A stretch of 64,000 nt of DNA, taken from Escherichia coli (GTDB lineage Bacteria; Pseudomonadota; Gammaproteobacteria; Enterobacterales; Enterobacteriaceae). Under the pieces are notes generated by a model, which was not told where the DNA came from, searched no databases, and saw only the letters and a list, made by a program, of their open reading frames with translations. The stretch is taken from the NCBI RefSeq assembly GCF_003991155.1, contig NZ_CP031293.1; one strand, 5' to 3'. This document shows, piece by piece, positions 12,953-24,158 of this stretch. The translations under genes and the position numbers were made by a program. Numbering within the stretch: position 1 is the stretch's first letter; every line of letters begins with the position of its first letter.

Positions 12953-13334
12953 ATGTGCAAATTTGTTGCCATAACGCGGCGCGTGCCGTTGGGTTTGCCC
13001 GTAATTCGGTGAGCGCCGGTGATGCCACCTGAGCGCCTTCCAGTGATAGCGGTTCGTCAGTACCCAACCGCCAGCTGTTGCAGCGACTGCCTTGCGGCAG
13101 CATCGCGATTTTTTCTGGCGTCAGTTGCAGCACTTGATCGGGGCTGACGGTTAATGCGCGCAGAACATCGCTCACTAAAGGATCGGTCAGGGCGGGAAGA
13201 TCATTTGCCACCATCACCAGACGGACGTGTGCCGGGATCGCAATGGCAATCTCCCCCTGCAACGCGCCAGGGCGACGCAGCGACCACTGGGTAATGCCCA
13301 GTTGCTGTAACTGCCAGTCTCGTCGGGATGTCAT
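12921..13334 (-). CDS. holD: DNA polymerase III psi subunit
   Basis: 137 aa; conserved position and overlap with rimI. Confidence 0.88.
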   Translation of the reverse strand: MTSRRDWQLQQLGITQWSLRRPGALQGEIAIAIPAHVRLVMVANDLPALTDPLVSDVLRALTVSPDQVLQLTPEKIAMLPQGSRCNSWRLGTDEPLSLEGAQVASPALTELRANPTARAALWQQICTYEHDFFPRND

Positions 13335-13436
13335 AGCGAATCGCTCCTGTTGTCAGGGGCGCAAATATAGCAAATTCGTCGATACCGCGCCAACATATGG
13401 CTATAATCGCCGCCAGTATCAATTGAGGAGCATTCC

Positions 13437-14468
13437 ATGTCTGCATTTACCCCGGCAAGTGAAGTCTTGCTGCGTCACAGTGATGATTTCGAACAAAGCC
13501 GTATTCTGTTTGCCGGAGACTTACAGGATGACCTGCCCGCGCGTTTAGATACCGCGGCCAGCCGTGCTCATACCCAGCAATTCCACCATTGGCAGGTGTT
13601 AAGCCGCCAGATGGGGGATAACGCCCGTTTTAGTCTGGTCGCCACGGCGGATGATGTCGCAGATTGCGATACGCTGATTTACTACTGGCCGAAGAACAAA
13701 CCGGAAGCCCAGTTCCAGTTGATGAATTTACTTTCTCTGCTGCCGGTGGGCACGGATATTTTTGTCGTTGGCGAGAACCGCAGCGGCGTGCGCAGCGCCG
13801 AGCAGATGCTGGCAGATTATGCGCCGTTGAATAAAGTGGACAGCGCTCGTCGCTGTGGCCTCTATTTTGGTCGTCTGGAAAAACAGCCAGTATTTGATGC
13901 CGATAAATTCTGGGGCGAATATAACGTCGATGGCCTGACGGTCAAAACGCTGCCTGGCGTGTTTAGCCGCGACGGTCTGGATGTCGGTAGCCAGTTGCTG
14001 CTCTCGACGTTAACCCCGCACACGAAAGGTAAAGTGCTGGATGTCGGCTGTGGCGCGGGCGTACTTTCGGTTGCCTTTGCGCGCCATTCACCGAAAATTC
14101 GTCTCACTCTGTGCGATGTCTCTGCGCCAGCGGTAGAAGCCAGCCGCGCAACACTTGCGGCCAACGGTGTTGAAGGTGAAGTCTTTGCCAGTAACGTCTT
14201 TTCCGAGGTGAAAGGTCGTTTTGATATGATCATCTCCAACCCGCCGTTCCACGATGGGATGCAAACCAGCCTCGATGCGGCGCAAACGCTGATTCGCGGC
14301 GCGGTGCGTCATCTTAATAGCGGCGGCGAGCTGCGAATTGTAGCGAACGCCTTCCTGCCTTACCCGGACGTGCTGGATGAGACATTTGGCTTCCACGAAG
14401 TGATCGCGCAAACCGGGCGCTTCAAGGTATATCGCGCCATTATGACCCGCCAGGCGAAGAAAGGTTGA
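13437..14468 (+). CDS. rsmC: 16S rRNA (guanine1207-N2)-methyltransferase
   Basis: 343 aa; SAM-binding [11 protein letters not shown] and NPPFH motifs. Confidence 0.9.
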   Translation: MSAFTPASEVLLRHSDDFEQSRILFAGDLQDDLPARLDTAASRAHTQQFHHWQVLSRQMGDNARFSLVATADDVADCDTLIYYWPKNKPEAQFQLMNLLSLLPVGTDIFVVGENRSGVRSAEQMLADYAPLNKVDSARRCGLYFGRLEKQPVFDADKFWGEYNVDGLTVKTLPGVFSRDGLDVGSQLLLSTLTPHTKGKVLDVGCGAGVLSVAFARHSPKIRLTLCDVSAPAVEASRATLAANGVEGEVFASNVFSEVKGRFDMIISNPPFHDGMQTSLDAAQTLIRGAVRHLNSGGELRIVANAFLPYPDVLDETFGFHEVIAQTGRFKVYRAIMTRQAKKG

Positions 14469-14469
14469 G

Positions 14470-14650
<181 letters not shown>

Positions 14651-14699
14651 TCCTGATGGACATTTTTCCAGCAATTACACCTCCGGCGATAATTAACTA

Positions 14700-14727
14700 T
14701 TGACGAAAAGCTGAAAACCACTAGAAT
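14700..14727 (+). promoter_or_regulatory. Sigma70 promoter of the tRNA-Leu operon (TTGACG, 16-bp spacer, TAGAAT) with GC-rich discriminator
   Basis: Near-consensus -35/-10 hexamers about 40 bp upstream of the first tRNA; GCGCCTCC discriminator typical of stringently controlled stable-RNA promoters. Confidence 0.7.
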
Positions 14728-14768
14728 GCGCCTCCGTGGTAGCAATTCTTTTTAAGAATTGATGGTAT

Positions 14769-14855
14769 GCGAAGGTGGCGGAATTGGTAGACGCGCTAGC
14801 TTCAGGTGTTAGTGTCCTTACGGACGTGGGGGTTCAAGTCCCCCCCCTCGCACCA
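14769..14855 (+). tRNA. leuV: tRNA-Leu (anticodon CAG), copy 1
   Basis: 87-nt sequence GCGAAGGTGGCGGAATTGGTAGACGCG...CTCGCACCA with encoded CCA and long variable arm; anticodon CAG at 14803..14805. Confidence 0.95.
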
Positions 14856-14883
14856 AAAACCACGTTGATATTGCTCGCACTGG

Positions 14884-14970
14884 GCGAAGGTGGCGGAATT
14901 GGTAGACGCGCTAGCTTCAGGTGTTAGTGTTCTTACGGACGTGGGGGTTCAAGTCCCCCCCCTCGCACCA
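14884..14970 (+). tRNA. leuP: tRNA-Leu (anticodon CAG), copy 2; one substitution (T at 14931) relative to copies 1 and 3
   Basis: 87-nt tandem copy, identical apart from the single variable-arm difference. Confidence 0.95.
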
Positions 14971-15004
14971 AACGAGGCGATATCAAAAAAAGTAAGATGA
15001 CTGT

Positions 15005-15091
15005 GCGAAGGTGGCGGAATTGGTAGACGCGCTAGCTTCAGGTGTTAGTGTCCTTACGGACGTGGGGGTTCAAGTCCCCCCCCTCGCACCA
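15005..15091 (+). tRNA. leuQ: tRNA-Leu (anticodon CAG), copy 3
   Basis: 87-nt tandem copy identical to copy 1. Confidence 0.95.
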
Positions 15092-15129
15092 ATTATCTTT
15101 ACTTCCTTTCTTGTTGCTTCCCTGTTTTA

Positions 15130-15366
15130 TCATCCCTGCTTCAAATTCATTATCATCAGCATGATGCCAGCAATAAGCGCCAGGCACGATGGTAGCAAAA
15201 CGTAATGCCGCAACTGTTTGTGATACAGCATCACCGGCGTCAATACTAATCCCATCAGAATGACAATCCGCCACTGATCCGGCGATAAATCCGCATACAT
15301 CAGCCCTGCAATCAGCAATCCCGGCAGCAACACTCCCCAGCCACTGCCCAGCGTACGTTGCAACAT
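15130..15366 (-). CDS. yjjZ: Small inner-membrane protein YjjZ (Fur-regulated)
   Basis: 78-aa hydrophobic product from an internal ATG of ORF 15130..15477; divergent from fhuF with a Fur-box-like site immediately upstream. Confidence 0.65.
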   Translation of the reverse strand: MLQRTLGSGWGVLLPGLLIAGLMYADLSPDQWRIVILMGLVLTPVMLYHKQLRHYVLLPSCLALIAGIMLMIMNLKQG

Positions 15367-15384
15367 GGTTTCATCTCTTTCATT

Positions 15385-15403
15385 GATAATGATAACCAAT
15401 ATC
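15385..15403. promoter_or_regulatory. Fur box (GATAATGATAACCAATATC) in the yjjZ promoter region
   Basis: Close match to the Fur consensus GATAATGATAATCATTATC. Confidence 0.65.
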
Positions 15404-15473
15404 ATATGATAATTTTTATCATTTGCAAGCCAGAGAAATCCCTTGCTATCGGGTAAACCTATCGATAGGATTA

Positions 15474-15488
15474 GCAATCATTATCATT
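15474..15488. promoter_or_regulatory. Fur box (GCAATCATTATCATT) just upstream of fhuF
   Basis: Fur-consensus-like hexamer repeats about 20 bp upstream of the fhuF start. Confidence 0.6.
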
Positions 15489-15506
15489 TAGGTTACTATC
15501 CCGATT

Positions 15507-16295
15507 ATGGCCTATCGTTCCGCACCGCTCTATGAAGATGTTATCTGGCGAACGCATCTCCAGCCGCAGGATGCTGGGCTTGCACAAGCCGTACGGGCGA
15601 CGATCGCCGAACATCGTGAACATTTGCTGGAGTTTATCCGCCTGGATGAACCCGCTCCGCTTAACGCCATGACGCTGGCGCAATGGTCATCACCGAATGC
15701 GCTAAGTTCTCTACTCGCGGTCTATTCCGATCATATCTATCGCAACCAACCTTTGATGATCCGCGAGAACAAACCGCTGATCTCACTATGGGCACAATGG
15801 TATATCGGCCTGATGGTGCCACCATTAATGTTGGCGCTGCTGACGCAGGAAAAAGCATTAGATGTGTCGCCGGAACATTTCCACGTTGAGTTTCACGAAA
15901 CCGGACGCGCCGCCTGTTTCTGGGTCGATGTGTGTGAAGATAAAAACGCAACACCACATTCGCCGCAGCAGCGAATGGAAACGTTAATCAGTCAGGCGCT
16001 GGTTCCGGTTGTGCAGGCACTAGAAGCAACGGGAGAGATTAACGGTAAACTTATCTGGAGCAATACCGGTTATTTGATCAACTGGTATCTGACTGAGATG
16101 AAACAGCTGCTCGGCGAGGCGACGGTTGAATCGCTGCGCCATGCCCTCTTTTTTGAGAAAACGCTCACTACCGGTGAAGATAATCCACTCTGGCGTACCG
16201 TGGTGCTGCGCGACGGCCTGCTGGTGCGCCGCACTTGCTGCCAGCGTTATCGCTTGCCGGATGTGCAGCAATGTGGTGACTGTACGCTGAAATAG
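15507..16295 (+). CDS. fhuF: Ferric-siderophore reductase FhuF (2Fe-2S)
   Basis: 262 aa; C-terminal C-C-x10-C-x2-C cluster (RRTCCQRYRLPDVQQCGDCTLK). Confidence 0.9.
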   Translation: MAYRSAPLYEDVIWRTHLQPQDAGLAQAVRATIAEHREHLLEFIRLDEPAPLNAMTLAQWSSPNALSSLLAVYSDHIYRNQPLMIRENKPLISLWAQWYIGLMVPPLMLALLTQEKALDVSPEHFHVEFHETGRAACFWVDVCEDKNATPHSPQQRMETLISQALVPVVQALEATGEINGKLIWSNTGYLINWYLTEMKQLLGEATVESLRHALFFEKTLTTGEDNPLWRTVVLRDGLLVRRTCCQRYRLPDVQQCGDCTLK

Positions 16296-16333
16296 AAAAA
16301 TTTGCCGGGGAAGTAAACCCGGCATTAAGCGTA

Positions 16334-17011
16334 TTAATAGGGGTGCAACACGTTACTTGCTTCGCAATGACGCATACATAACAGAATGTCTGCGGCCTCC
16401 AACAGCCCTGCATCAGAACTGACGCCCAGTTTCGACATCACATTAAATTTATGTGCACGGATCGTTTTGATATTGCGTTTAAGCTGCTCGGCAATTTGTG
16501 TCATTGAGTAGCCACGCGACATAAAGCGCAATATTTCTCTCTCCGTCGGGCTTAACGTCCGGCTTTGGTTAATGTACCACTGATTGTTCAGTCGATCGGT
16601 CGCCTGACGTACACCATTTAATGACAAAAAGAGTTCCTGATGAAAAATCTCCAGCGTTGACGCTTTACTTAATACACCGTCCAGCGGTGATGGCGACAAT
16701 GAACCAATCAGCCGAGCTTCAATATCATCATCCGCAATAACTAAACGCCGGGTACGCGGAAACTTAATCGCCAGTTCAGTCAGGCAGGATAATCCCTCTC
16801 TGCGCGCACTTCTCATGGCAGAAAAAGAAAAAATGACCGCCGCAAACGAGATCCGCGACATGGCATCCTGAAATGACTCCTGACTGGTATAGGTATGGAG
16901 CTTATAAGGGTTACCCGCAAACTTTCTGAATAAACTCTCAATACCGATACTGCTCATGACGCATTTTTCTATGAGTGCGACATTTCTCTTCTTAATTCGG
17001 CTGTGTTCCAT
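16334..17011 (-). CDS. bglJ: LuxR-family transcriptional regulator BglJ
   Basis: 225 aa; C-terminal LuxR-type HTH ([45 protein letters not shown]); overlaps the yjjQ 3' end. Confidence 0.85.
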   Translation of the reverse strand: MEHSRIKKRNVALIEKCVMSSIGIESLFRKFAGNPYKLHTYTSQESFQDAMSRISFAAVIFSFSAMRSARREGLSCLTELAIKFPRTRRLVIADDDIEARLIGSLSPSPLDGVLSKASTLEIFHQELFLSLNGVRQATDRLNNQWYINQSRTLSPTEREILRFMSRGYSMTQIAEQLKRNIKTIRAHKFNVMSKLGVSSDAGLLEAADILLCMRHCEASNVLHPY

Positions 17012-17694
17012 TCTGCGGCATCTCCATAAACAGAAGGCAAGTTAAGTTCTCTTGCACCCTGCGCGCTATTTATCCATGCATACATTTCAGCGTTGCTGTG
17101 AATTGCCAGTCGACGCATCGCACTGTTTTTTTGGGCGCTGATAGTTTTATTACTTTTCTTAAGCAATGAAGCTATCTGGTTGATGCCCCATCCTTTACCT
17201 AATAGCCGCAGCACTTTGCGCTCTGAAAGAGTGAGAATGACGGAGCGATAGCTAAAATCATGAGTTTCAGTCATTGCCGGGGAGGTCAGCATGGCGCTGA
17301 TACGCTCTGCGTGCGTATTGCCAGAACGCACGGTCTTAACCAGATTCTCAATGGGTTCAACATCAGACAATAATGTCGCCGTAGGGCACATGAGAAGTTC
17401 TACCGCCTGGGAATACCAGGAGCGTGACACCATGAAAACCCAGTGAATTTCCCGATATTGTGAAATTAAAGAATAATAATGTTCACAAACAAAACGTGGA
17501 TCTTCACTTTCACCGGCTAAATCAGCAATGACTAATCCGGAACGACGTAATTGTAATAAAGTAAGGTCCTCCGCAGAGGCGCTGGATATTATTTCATATT
17601 CAGGGAAGTGAGTCCTCATGACCTCTTTTAACCCTGCTTGCATGACAGGTATTTTACTGATAACAATTCCATTTTTGCAGCATCCTGGCAACAT
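16969..17694 (-). CDS. yjjQ: LuxR-family transcriptional regulator YjjQ
   Basis: 241 aa; C-terminal LuxR HTH ([43 protein letters not shown]); AT-rich upstream region. Confidence 0.85.
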   Translation of the reverse strand: MLPGCCKNGIVISKIPVMQAGLKEVMRTHFPEYEIISSASAEDLTLLQLRRSGLVIADLAGESEDPRFVCEHYYSLISQYREIHWVFMVSRSWYSQAVELLMCPTATLLSDVEPIENLVKTVRSGNTHAERISAMLTSPAMTETHDFSYRSVILTLSERKVLRLLGKGWGINQIASLLKKSNKTISAQKNSAMRRLAIHSNAEMYAWINSAQGARELNLPSVYGDAAEWNTAELRREMSHS

Positions 17695-18312
17695 ATTTCC
17701 TCCACATCCACTGTCTAAAAATCATGATGGTCTATTCAGGATATTCATTCCTTAAATGTTTCCAGCAAATTAATAGATTAAGCGAATAAATTATCCTTAG
17801 CATTCACTTTCATATCAGCATACTCCTGCTGCACAACAACTCCACTGCATGTGTCAGAAGGTTAGCATCAAATGATAACCTAGTGAAATAGCCTGGAGAC
17901 ATTTAAAATATCTACATTAAGTTGTTAGAAATACTTAATGAAAAACAGAATTCTCATTCACTTAATTTATAATTAACTGATATCCCTTCCCGCAGAATGC
18001 AAAATCACACAATCAATATTTATTCAATAAAATCTGATAGTTTTAACTTGTTAAAATTAAAAAACGCGCCCAGTTATCTTTTATCCTGATTCGTAAGGGC
18101 TAAACAATAAATTCATTATAGTGATAATATTCATGCGATAATTTGTTTGCGGCGAGAGATAATTCGCTTTTTAACACCGAGCTTCTCCCGATAACCAGGA
18201 TTAATCAGCGCAATTTTGATCTTAACCTGCCGCAAAACAACCGCGCTTCATGATACAAATGGATTCTCATAATTTGAACAATACGCAGCGCGTCTATGAC
18301 AAAGGGCGAGTT

Positions 18313-19083
18313 ATGCAAACTGAGCAACAGCGAGCCGTGACACGGCTTTGTATCCAGTGTGGATTATTTCTTTTGCAACATGGTGCGGAAAGCGCGTTGG
18401 TTGATGAGCTTTCCTCACGACTGGGTCGGGCGTTGGGAATGGACAGCGTCGAAAGTTCTATCTCTTCGAACGCCATAGTGCTGACAACTATTAAAGATGG
18501 GCAATGCCTGACATCTACACGTAAAAATCACGATCGCGGCATTAATATGCATGTGGTGACTGAAGTCCAGCACATTGTGATTCTGGCGGAGCACCATCTG
18601 CTGGATTACAAAGGCGTAGAGAAACGATTTAGCCAAATTCAGCCATTACGTTACCCAAGATGGCTGGTAGCCTTAATGGTTGGCCTTTCCTGCGCCTGTT
18701 TCTGTAAACTCAATAAAGGTGGCTGGGATGGTGCCGTCATCACCTTCTTTGCCAGTACGGCCGCGATGTATATCCGCCAGCTACTGGCACAACGTCATCT
18801 TCATCCACAGATCAACTTTTGCCTCACCGCTTTCGCCGCCACCACCATTTCCGGATTGCTTTTGCAACTTCCCACTTTCAGCAATACCCCCACCATTGCG
18901 ATGGCCGCCAGCGTTCTGCTGCTGGTGCCGGGCTTTCCGTTGATAAATGCCGTCGCCGATATGTTTAAAGGCCACATCAATACCGGACTGGCACGCTGGG
19001 CGATCGCCAGTCTGCTGACACTGGCTACCTGTGTCGGCGTAGTAATGGCACTGACGATTTGGGGGCTACGCGGATGGGTGTGA
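18313..19083 (+). CDS. yjjP: Inner-membrane protein YjjP (ThrE/DUF1212 family, putative succinate exporter subunit)
   Basis: ORF 18250..19083; start uncertain (internal Met at 18313 gives about 256 aa); multiple TM segments; overlaps yjjB. Confidence 0.8.
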
Positions 19084-19547
19084 TCGAATTTCTGTTAGCG
19101 TTGGCGCAGGATATGATCCTCGCCGCCATTCCAGCGGTCGGCTTTGCAATGGTGTTCAACGTTCCCGTGCGGGCGTTACGCTGGTGTGCGCTGCTTGGCT
19201 CGATAGGTCATGGTTCCCGAATGATCTTAATGACCAGCGGGTTGAATATTGAGTGGTCAACTTTTATGGCTTCTATGCTGGTCGGCACCATTGGTATTCA
19301 ATGGTCGCGCTGGTATCTGGCACATCCGAAAGTGTTTACCGTGGCGGCTGTTATCCCTATGTTCCCTGGCATATCAGCTTATACCGCAATGATTTCGGCG
19401 GTAAAAATCAGCCAGCTAGGTTACAGCGAACCGTTGATGATTACCCTGTTAACCAACTTTCTTACAGCGTCATCGATTGTTGGTGCGTTATCCATCGGTC
19501 TTTCCATTCCTGGATTATGGTTGTACCGCAAGCGCCCTCGCGTATAA
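19074..19547 (+). CDS. yjjB: Inner-membrane protein YjjB (DUF3815), partner of YjjP
   Basis: ORF 19059..19547; hydrophobic about 157 aa; ATG overlaps the yjjP stop. Confidence 0.8.
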
Positions 19548-19653
19548 AATTGCCTCGCTTAAGCACACGGATGAGAGACAGCCTCCTTTCCTCCGTGTGT
19601 TACTATAAAAGTTATCTCCCTTCTCGTTCATCGTTCCATATTTGAGAAACAGT

Positions 19654-20193
19654 ATGTCTTCCAGAGTTTTGACCCCGGACGTCGTTGGTATTGACGCCCT
19701 GGTACACGATCACCAAACCGTTCTGGCAAAAACTGAAGGCGGTGTGGTTGCCGTATTTGCTAACAATGCCCCGGCGTTTTATGCCGTTACGCCTGCACGC
19801 CTGGCTGAACTGCTGGCGCTGGAAGAAAAGCTGGCGCGTCCGGGAAGCGATGTCGCTCTGGACGATCAACTCTATCAGGAACCGCAAGCCGCTCCCGTTG
19901 CTGTACCCATGGGGAAATTTGCCATGTATCCGGACTGGCAACCCGATGCCGACTTTATCCGCCTGGCGGCGCTATGGGGCGTGGCACTAAGAGAGCCGGT
20001 GACCACCGAAGAACTGGCCTCATTCATTGCCTACTGGCAGGCGGAAGGTAAAGTCTTTCACCATGTGCAGTGGCAACAAAAACTGGCGCGCAGCCTGCAA
20101 ATCGGTCGTGCCAGCAACGGCGGACTGCCGAAACGAGATGTGAATACGGTCAGTGAACCTGACAGCCAAATTCCACCAGGATTCAGAGGGTAA
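19654..20193 (+). CDS. dnaT: Primosomal protein DnaT
   Basis: ORF 19642..20193; product [21 protein letters not shown]..., 179 aa; followed directly by dnaC. Confidence 0.9.
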   Translation: MSSRVLTPDVVGIDALVHDHQTVLAKTEGGVVAVFANNAPAFYAVTPARLAELLALEEKLARPGSDVALDDQLYQEPQAAPVAVPMGKFAMYPDWQPDADFIRLAALWGVALREPVTTEELASFIAYWQAEGKVFHHVQWQQKLARSLQIGRASNGGLPKRDVNTVSEPDSQIPPGFRG

Positions 20194-20195
20194 CG

Positions 20196-20933
20196 ATGAA
20201 AAACGTTGGCGACCTGATGCAACGCCTGCAAAAAATGATGCCTGCCCATATCAAACCTGCGTTCAAAACGGGTGAAGAACTACTGGCCTGGCAGAAAGAA
20301 CAAGGAGCGATCCGCTCCGCCGCTCTCGAACGTGAAAATCGGGCGATGAAAATGCAGCGCACCTTTAACCGCTCCGGTATTCGTCCACTGCATCAGAACT
20401 GCTCCTTTGAGAACTATCGCGTTGAGTGTGAAGGGCAGATGAATGCGTTAAGCAAAGCGCGCCAGTATGTCGAAGAGTTTGACGGCAACATCGCCAGCTT
20501 CATCTTTTCTGGCAAGCCCGGAACCGGCAAAAACCATCTGGCGGCGGCAATCTGCAACGAGCTGCTGCTACGCGGTAAATCCGTATTGATCATCACCGTG
20601 GCCGATATTATGTCGGCGATGAAAGATACCTTCAGGAATAGCGGTACCAGCGAAGAACAACTGCTTAACGATCTGAGCAACGTTGATCTGCTGGTGATCG
20701 ATGAGATCGGCGTGCAGACCGAATCGAAATACGAAAAAGTGATCATCAACCAGATCGTCGATCGCCGCTCTTCTTCCAAACGCCCAACCGGGATGCTGAC
20801 CAACAGTAATATGGAAGAGATGACCAAGTTGCTGGGCGAACGCGTGATGGACCGTATGCGCCTGGGTAACAGTTTGTGGGTGATCTTCAACTGGGATAGC
20901 TACCGTAGCCGGGTAACGGGTAAAGAGTATTAA
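20196..20933 (+). CDS. dnaC: DNA replication protein DnaC (helicase loader, AAA+)
   Basis: 245 aa; Walker A GKPGTGKNHLAAAI and Walker B LLVIDEIG. Confidence 0.93.
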   Translation: MKNVGDLMQRLQKMMPAHIKPAFKTGEELLAWQKEQGAIRSAALERENRAMKMQRTFNRSGIRPLHQNCSFENYRVECEGQMNALSKARQYVEEFDGNIASFIFSGKPGTGKNHLAAAICNELLLRGKSVLIITVADIMSAMKDTFRNSGTSEEQLLNDLSNVDLLVIDEIGVQTESKYEKVIINQIVDRRSSSKRPTGMLTNSNMEEMTKLLGERVMDRMRLGNSLWVIFNWDSYRSRVTGKEY

Positions 20934-20981
20934 TCCCCGTTTCTGGCGGTATACTGCGACACAATTCCACCTTGAGTAATG

Positions 20982-21476
20982 ATGATGAAAACTGTTAAAC
21001 ATCTTCTGTGCTGTGCCATTGCCGCCAGCGCATTAATTTCCACCGGGGTGCATGCTGCGTCCTGGAAAGATGCGCTCTCCAGCGCCGCCAGCGAACTTGG
21101 CAACCAAAACAGCACGACACAGGAAGGCGGTTGGTCGCTCGCTTCATTAACTAGCTTGCTTAGCAGCGGGAACCAGGCCTTAAGCGCAGATAACATGAAC
21201 AATGCCGCAGGCATACTGCAATACTGCGCGAAGCAGAAGTTGGCTTCGGTAACCGATGCCGAAAACATCAAGAATCAGGTACTGGAAAAACTGGGCCTGA
21301 ACAGTGAAGAGCAAAAAGAAGACACCAACTATCTGGATGGCATTCAGGGTTTGCTGAAAACCAAAGATGGTCAGCAACTCAATCTGGATAATATTGGAAC
21401 GACTCCGCTGGCAGAAAAGGTGAAAACCAAAGCCTGCGATCTGGTGTTAAAGCAGGGGCTGAACTTCATTTCCTGA
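20982..21476 (+). CDS. yjjA: Secreted protein YjjA (DUF2501)
   Basis: About 164 aa with an N-terminal signal peptide (MMKTVKHLLCCAIAASALISTGVHA). Confidence 0.8.
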   Translation: MMKTVKHLLCCAIAASALISTGVHAASWKDALSSAASELGNQNSTTQEGGWSLASLTSLLSSGNQALSADNMNNAAGILQYCAKQKLASVTDAENIKNQVLEKLGLNSEEQKEDTNYLDGIQGLLKTKDGQQLNLDNIGTTPLAEKVKTKACDLVLKQGLNFIS

Positions 21477-21729
21477 ACCGCGAAACGCCGCGTTTTAGCT
21501 GTTACCCGGCTGACGCGGCTCTCTCCTGCCCTTTTCCCTGCTCCTGGACGGTTTTACCCCTGTTACACGGGAAGCGACCGTAATCAAAAAAGTCTGTTTA
21601 TAAACTAATTCCTAACAACATCGCATTTTTTTGACACTAGAATTGCAGCAATATGGCGACGCCATTACATTGTGCTTTTCAAAAAGCTTAAACGTTGGCT
21701 AAACGGCCCGGTTTAGTGAGGATCGCCCG

Positions 21730-24021
21730 TTGTCAGAACTACTCTCTTTCGCCCTTTTTCTCGCCTCTGTGCTGATTTACGCATGGAAAGCGGGACGTAA
21801 CACCTGGTGGTTTGCAGCCACGTTAACGGTGCTGGGGCTATTTGTCGTTTTAAATATCACCCTGTTTGCCAGCGACTATTTTACTGGCGATGGTATTAAC
21901 GACGCGGTTCTCTATACCTTAACCAACAGCCTGACCGGTGCTGGTGTCAGCAAATACATCCTGCCGGGTATCGGCATTGTGCTGGGGCTGACGGCGGTGT
22001 TCGGTGCGCTGGGCTGGATCCTGCGCCGTCGTCGTCATCATCCGCACCATTTTGGTTACAGCCTGCTGGCACTCTTACTGGCGCTGGGTTCAGTGGATGC
22101 CAGCCCGGCATTTCGTCAGATAACGGAACTGGTGAAATCCCAGTCACGCGACGGCGACCCGGACTTTGCGGCTTATTATAAAGAGCCGTCGAAAACTATC
22201 CCTGACCCGAAACTCAACCTGGTTTATATCTACGGCGAAAGTCTCGAGCGAACCTATTTTGATAACGAAGCTTTCCCGGATCTCACGCCTGAACTGGGCG
22301 CGTTGAAAAATGAAGGCCTGGATTTCAGCCACACGCAGCAGCTGCCAGGAACGGATTACACGATTGCGGGCATGGTGGCCTCTCAGTGCGGCATACCGCT
22401 GTTTGCCCCCTTTGAAGGCAACGCCTCCGCCTCTGTCTCCAGCTTCTTCCCGCAGAACATCTGTCTGGGCGATATCCTGAAAAACTCGGGTTATCAGAAC
22501 TATTTCGTGCAGGGCGCGAATCTGCGTTTTGCCGGTAAAGATGTGTTCCTGAAATCGCACGGCTTCGACCACTTATACGGCTCAGAAGAGCTGAAAAGCG
22601 TGGTGGCCGACCCGCACTATCGCAACGACTGGGGATTCTACGACGATACCGTTCTCGACGAAGCGTGGAAAAAGTTTGAAGAGCTTTCCCGCTCAGGTCA
22701 GCGATTCTCACTGTTTACCCTGACGGTCGATACCCATCACCCGGATGGTTTTATCTCGCGCACCTGTAACCGCAAAAAATATGATTTTGACGGTAAGCCG
22801 AATCAGTCATTCAGCGCGGTAAGTTGCAGCCAGGAGAACATCGCGACGTTTATCAACAAAATCAAAGCGTCACCGTGGTTTAAAGATACCGTCATCGTCG
22901 TCTCTTCTGACCATTTAGCGATGAACAACACGGCGTGGAAATACCTCAATAAACAGGATCGCAATAACCTGTTTTTTGTCATCCGTGGCGACAAGCCGCA
23001 GCAAGAGACGCTGACGGTGAAGCGTAACACGATGGATAACGGCGCGACGGTGCTGGACATTCTCGGTGGCGATAACTATCTCGGACTTGGTCGTAGCAGT
23101 TTATCCGGACAGTCGATGTCGGAAATCTTCCTCAATATCAAAGAGAAAACATTGGCGTGGAAGCCGGATATCATCCGCCTGTGGAAATTCCCTAAAGAGA
23201 TGAAAGAGTTCACCATCGACCAGCAGAAAAACATGATTGCCTTCTCGGGTAGCCATTTCCGTTTGCCGCTGCTGTTGCGGGTTTCAGACAAACGCGTGGA
23301 ACCGCTGCCGGAAAGTGAATACTCAGCACCGCTGCGTTTCCAGCTGGCCGATTTCGCTCCACGCGACAATTTCGTCTGGGTTGACCGTTGCTACAAGATG
23401 GCACAACTTTGGGCTCCGGAACTGGCACTCTCCACCGACTGGTGTGTCTCGCAAGGGCAGCTTGGCGGTCAGCAAATTGTCCAGCATGTTGACAAAACAA
23501 CATGGAAGGGCAAAACGGCATTTAAAGATACGGTCATCGACATGGCGCGTTACAAAGGCAATGTCGATACGCTGAAGATTGTTGATAACGATATTCGCTA
23601 CAAAGCCGACAGTTTCATCTTTAACGTCGCCGGTGCGCCAGAAGAGGTGAAACAGTTTAGCGGGATTTCCCGTCCGGAGTCGTGGGGCCGCTGGTCCAAC
23701 GCGCAACTGGGCGATGAAGTAAAAATCGAGTACAAGCATCCGCTGCCGAAGAAATTTGACCTGGTGATTACCGCCAAAGCATACGGCAATAACGCCAGCC
23801 GTCCTATTCCGGTACGCGTAGGCAATGAAGAACAAACCCTTGTGCTGGGCAATGAAGTGACCACCACCACACTGCATTTCGATAACCCAACCGATGCCGA
23901 CACACTGGTAATTGTGCCGCCGGAACCTGTCTCAACCAACGAAGGGAATATCCTCGGACACTCGCCGCGTAAGCTCGGGATCGGCATGGTGGAGATTAAA
24001 GTGGTAGAACGTGAAGGGTAA
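21730..24021 (+). CDS. opgB: Phosphoglycerol transferase I (sulfatase-family) OpgB/MdoB
   Basis: 763 aa; apparent TTG start; N-terminal TM region plus sulfatase-type domain. Confidence 0.88.
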   Translation: MSELLSFALFLASVLIYAWKAGRNTWWFAATLTVLGLFVVLNITLFASDYFTGDGINDAVLYTLTNSLTGAGVSKYILPGIGIVLGLTAVFGALGWILRRRRHHPHHFGYSLLALLLALGSVDASPAFRQITELVKSQSRDGDPDFAAYYKEPSKTIPDPKLNLVYIYGESLERTYFDNEAFPDLTPELGALKNEGLDFSHTQQLPGTDYTIAGMVASQCGIPLFAPFEGNASASVSSFFPQNICLGDILKNSGYQNYFVQGANLRFAGKDVFLKSHGFDHLYGSEELKSVVADPHYRNDWGFYDDTVLDEAWKKFEELSRSGQRFSLFTLTVDTHHPDGFISRTCNRKKYDFDGKPNQSFSAVSCSQENIATFINKIKASPWFKDTVIVVSSDHLAMNNTAWKYLNKQDRNNLFFVIRGDKPQQETLTVKRNTMDNGATVLDILGGDNYLGLGRSSLSGQSMSEIFLNIKEKTLAWKPDIIRLWKFPKEMKEFTIDQQKNMIAFSGSHFRLPLLLRVSDKRVEPLPESEYSAPLRFQLADFAPRDNFVWVDRCYKMAQLWAPELALSTDWCVSQGQLGGQQIVQHVDKTTWKGKTAFKDTVIDMARYKGNVDTLKIVDNDIRYKADSFIFNVAGAPEEVKQFSGISRPESWGRWSNAQLGDEVKIEYKHPLPKKFDLVITAKAYGNNASRPIPVRVGNEEQTLVLGNEVTTTTLHFDNPTDADTLVIVPPEPVSTNEGNILGHSPRKLGIGMVEIKVVEREG

Positions 24022-24029
24022 TTCCTGAC

Positions 24030-24095
24030 TGATTTGTAGGTCGCATAAGGTGCGGCCTACACGCCTTCTCCGGCTTACAACACACTATTAAGAAA
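24030..24095. repeat. REP-like palindromic element
   Basis: GTAGGTCGCATAAGGTGCGGCCTACACGCCTTCTCCGGCTTACAA-type sequence downstream of opgB. Confidence 0.5.
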
Positions 24096-24158
24096 CAAAA
24101 AAAACAGCGCCCAACACTTCCCCGGACGCTGCATGGCAACTTGAATAATCTCGCCTTA

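Noticed and set aside
15038-15274. 78-aa reverse-strand ORF (same length as YjjZ) overlapping the third tRNA-Leu
   Set aside because: Its C-terminal part is antisense to the tRNA gene; the hydrophobic 78-aa product from 15130..15366 next to the Fur box is the better yjjZ candidate.
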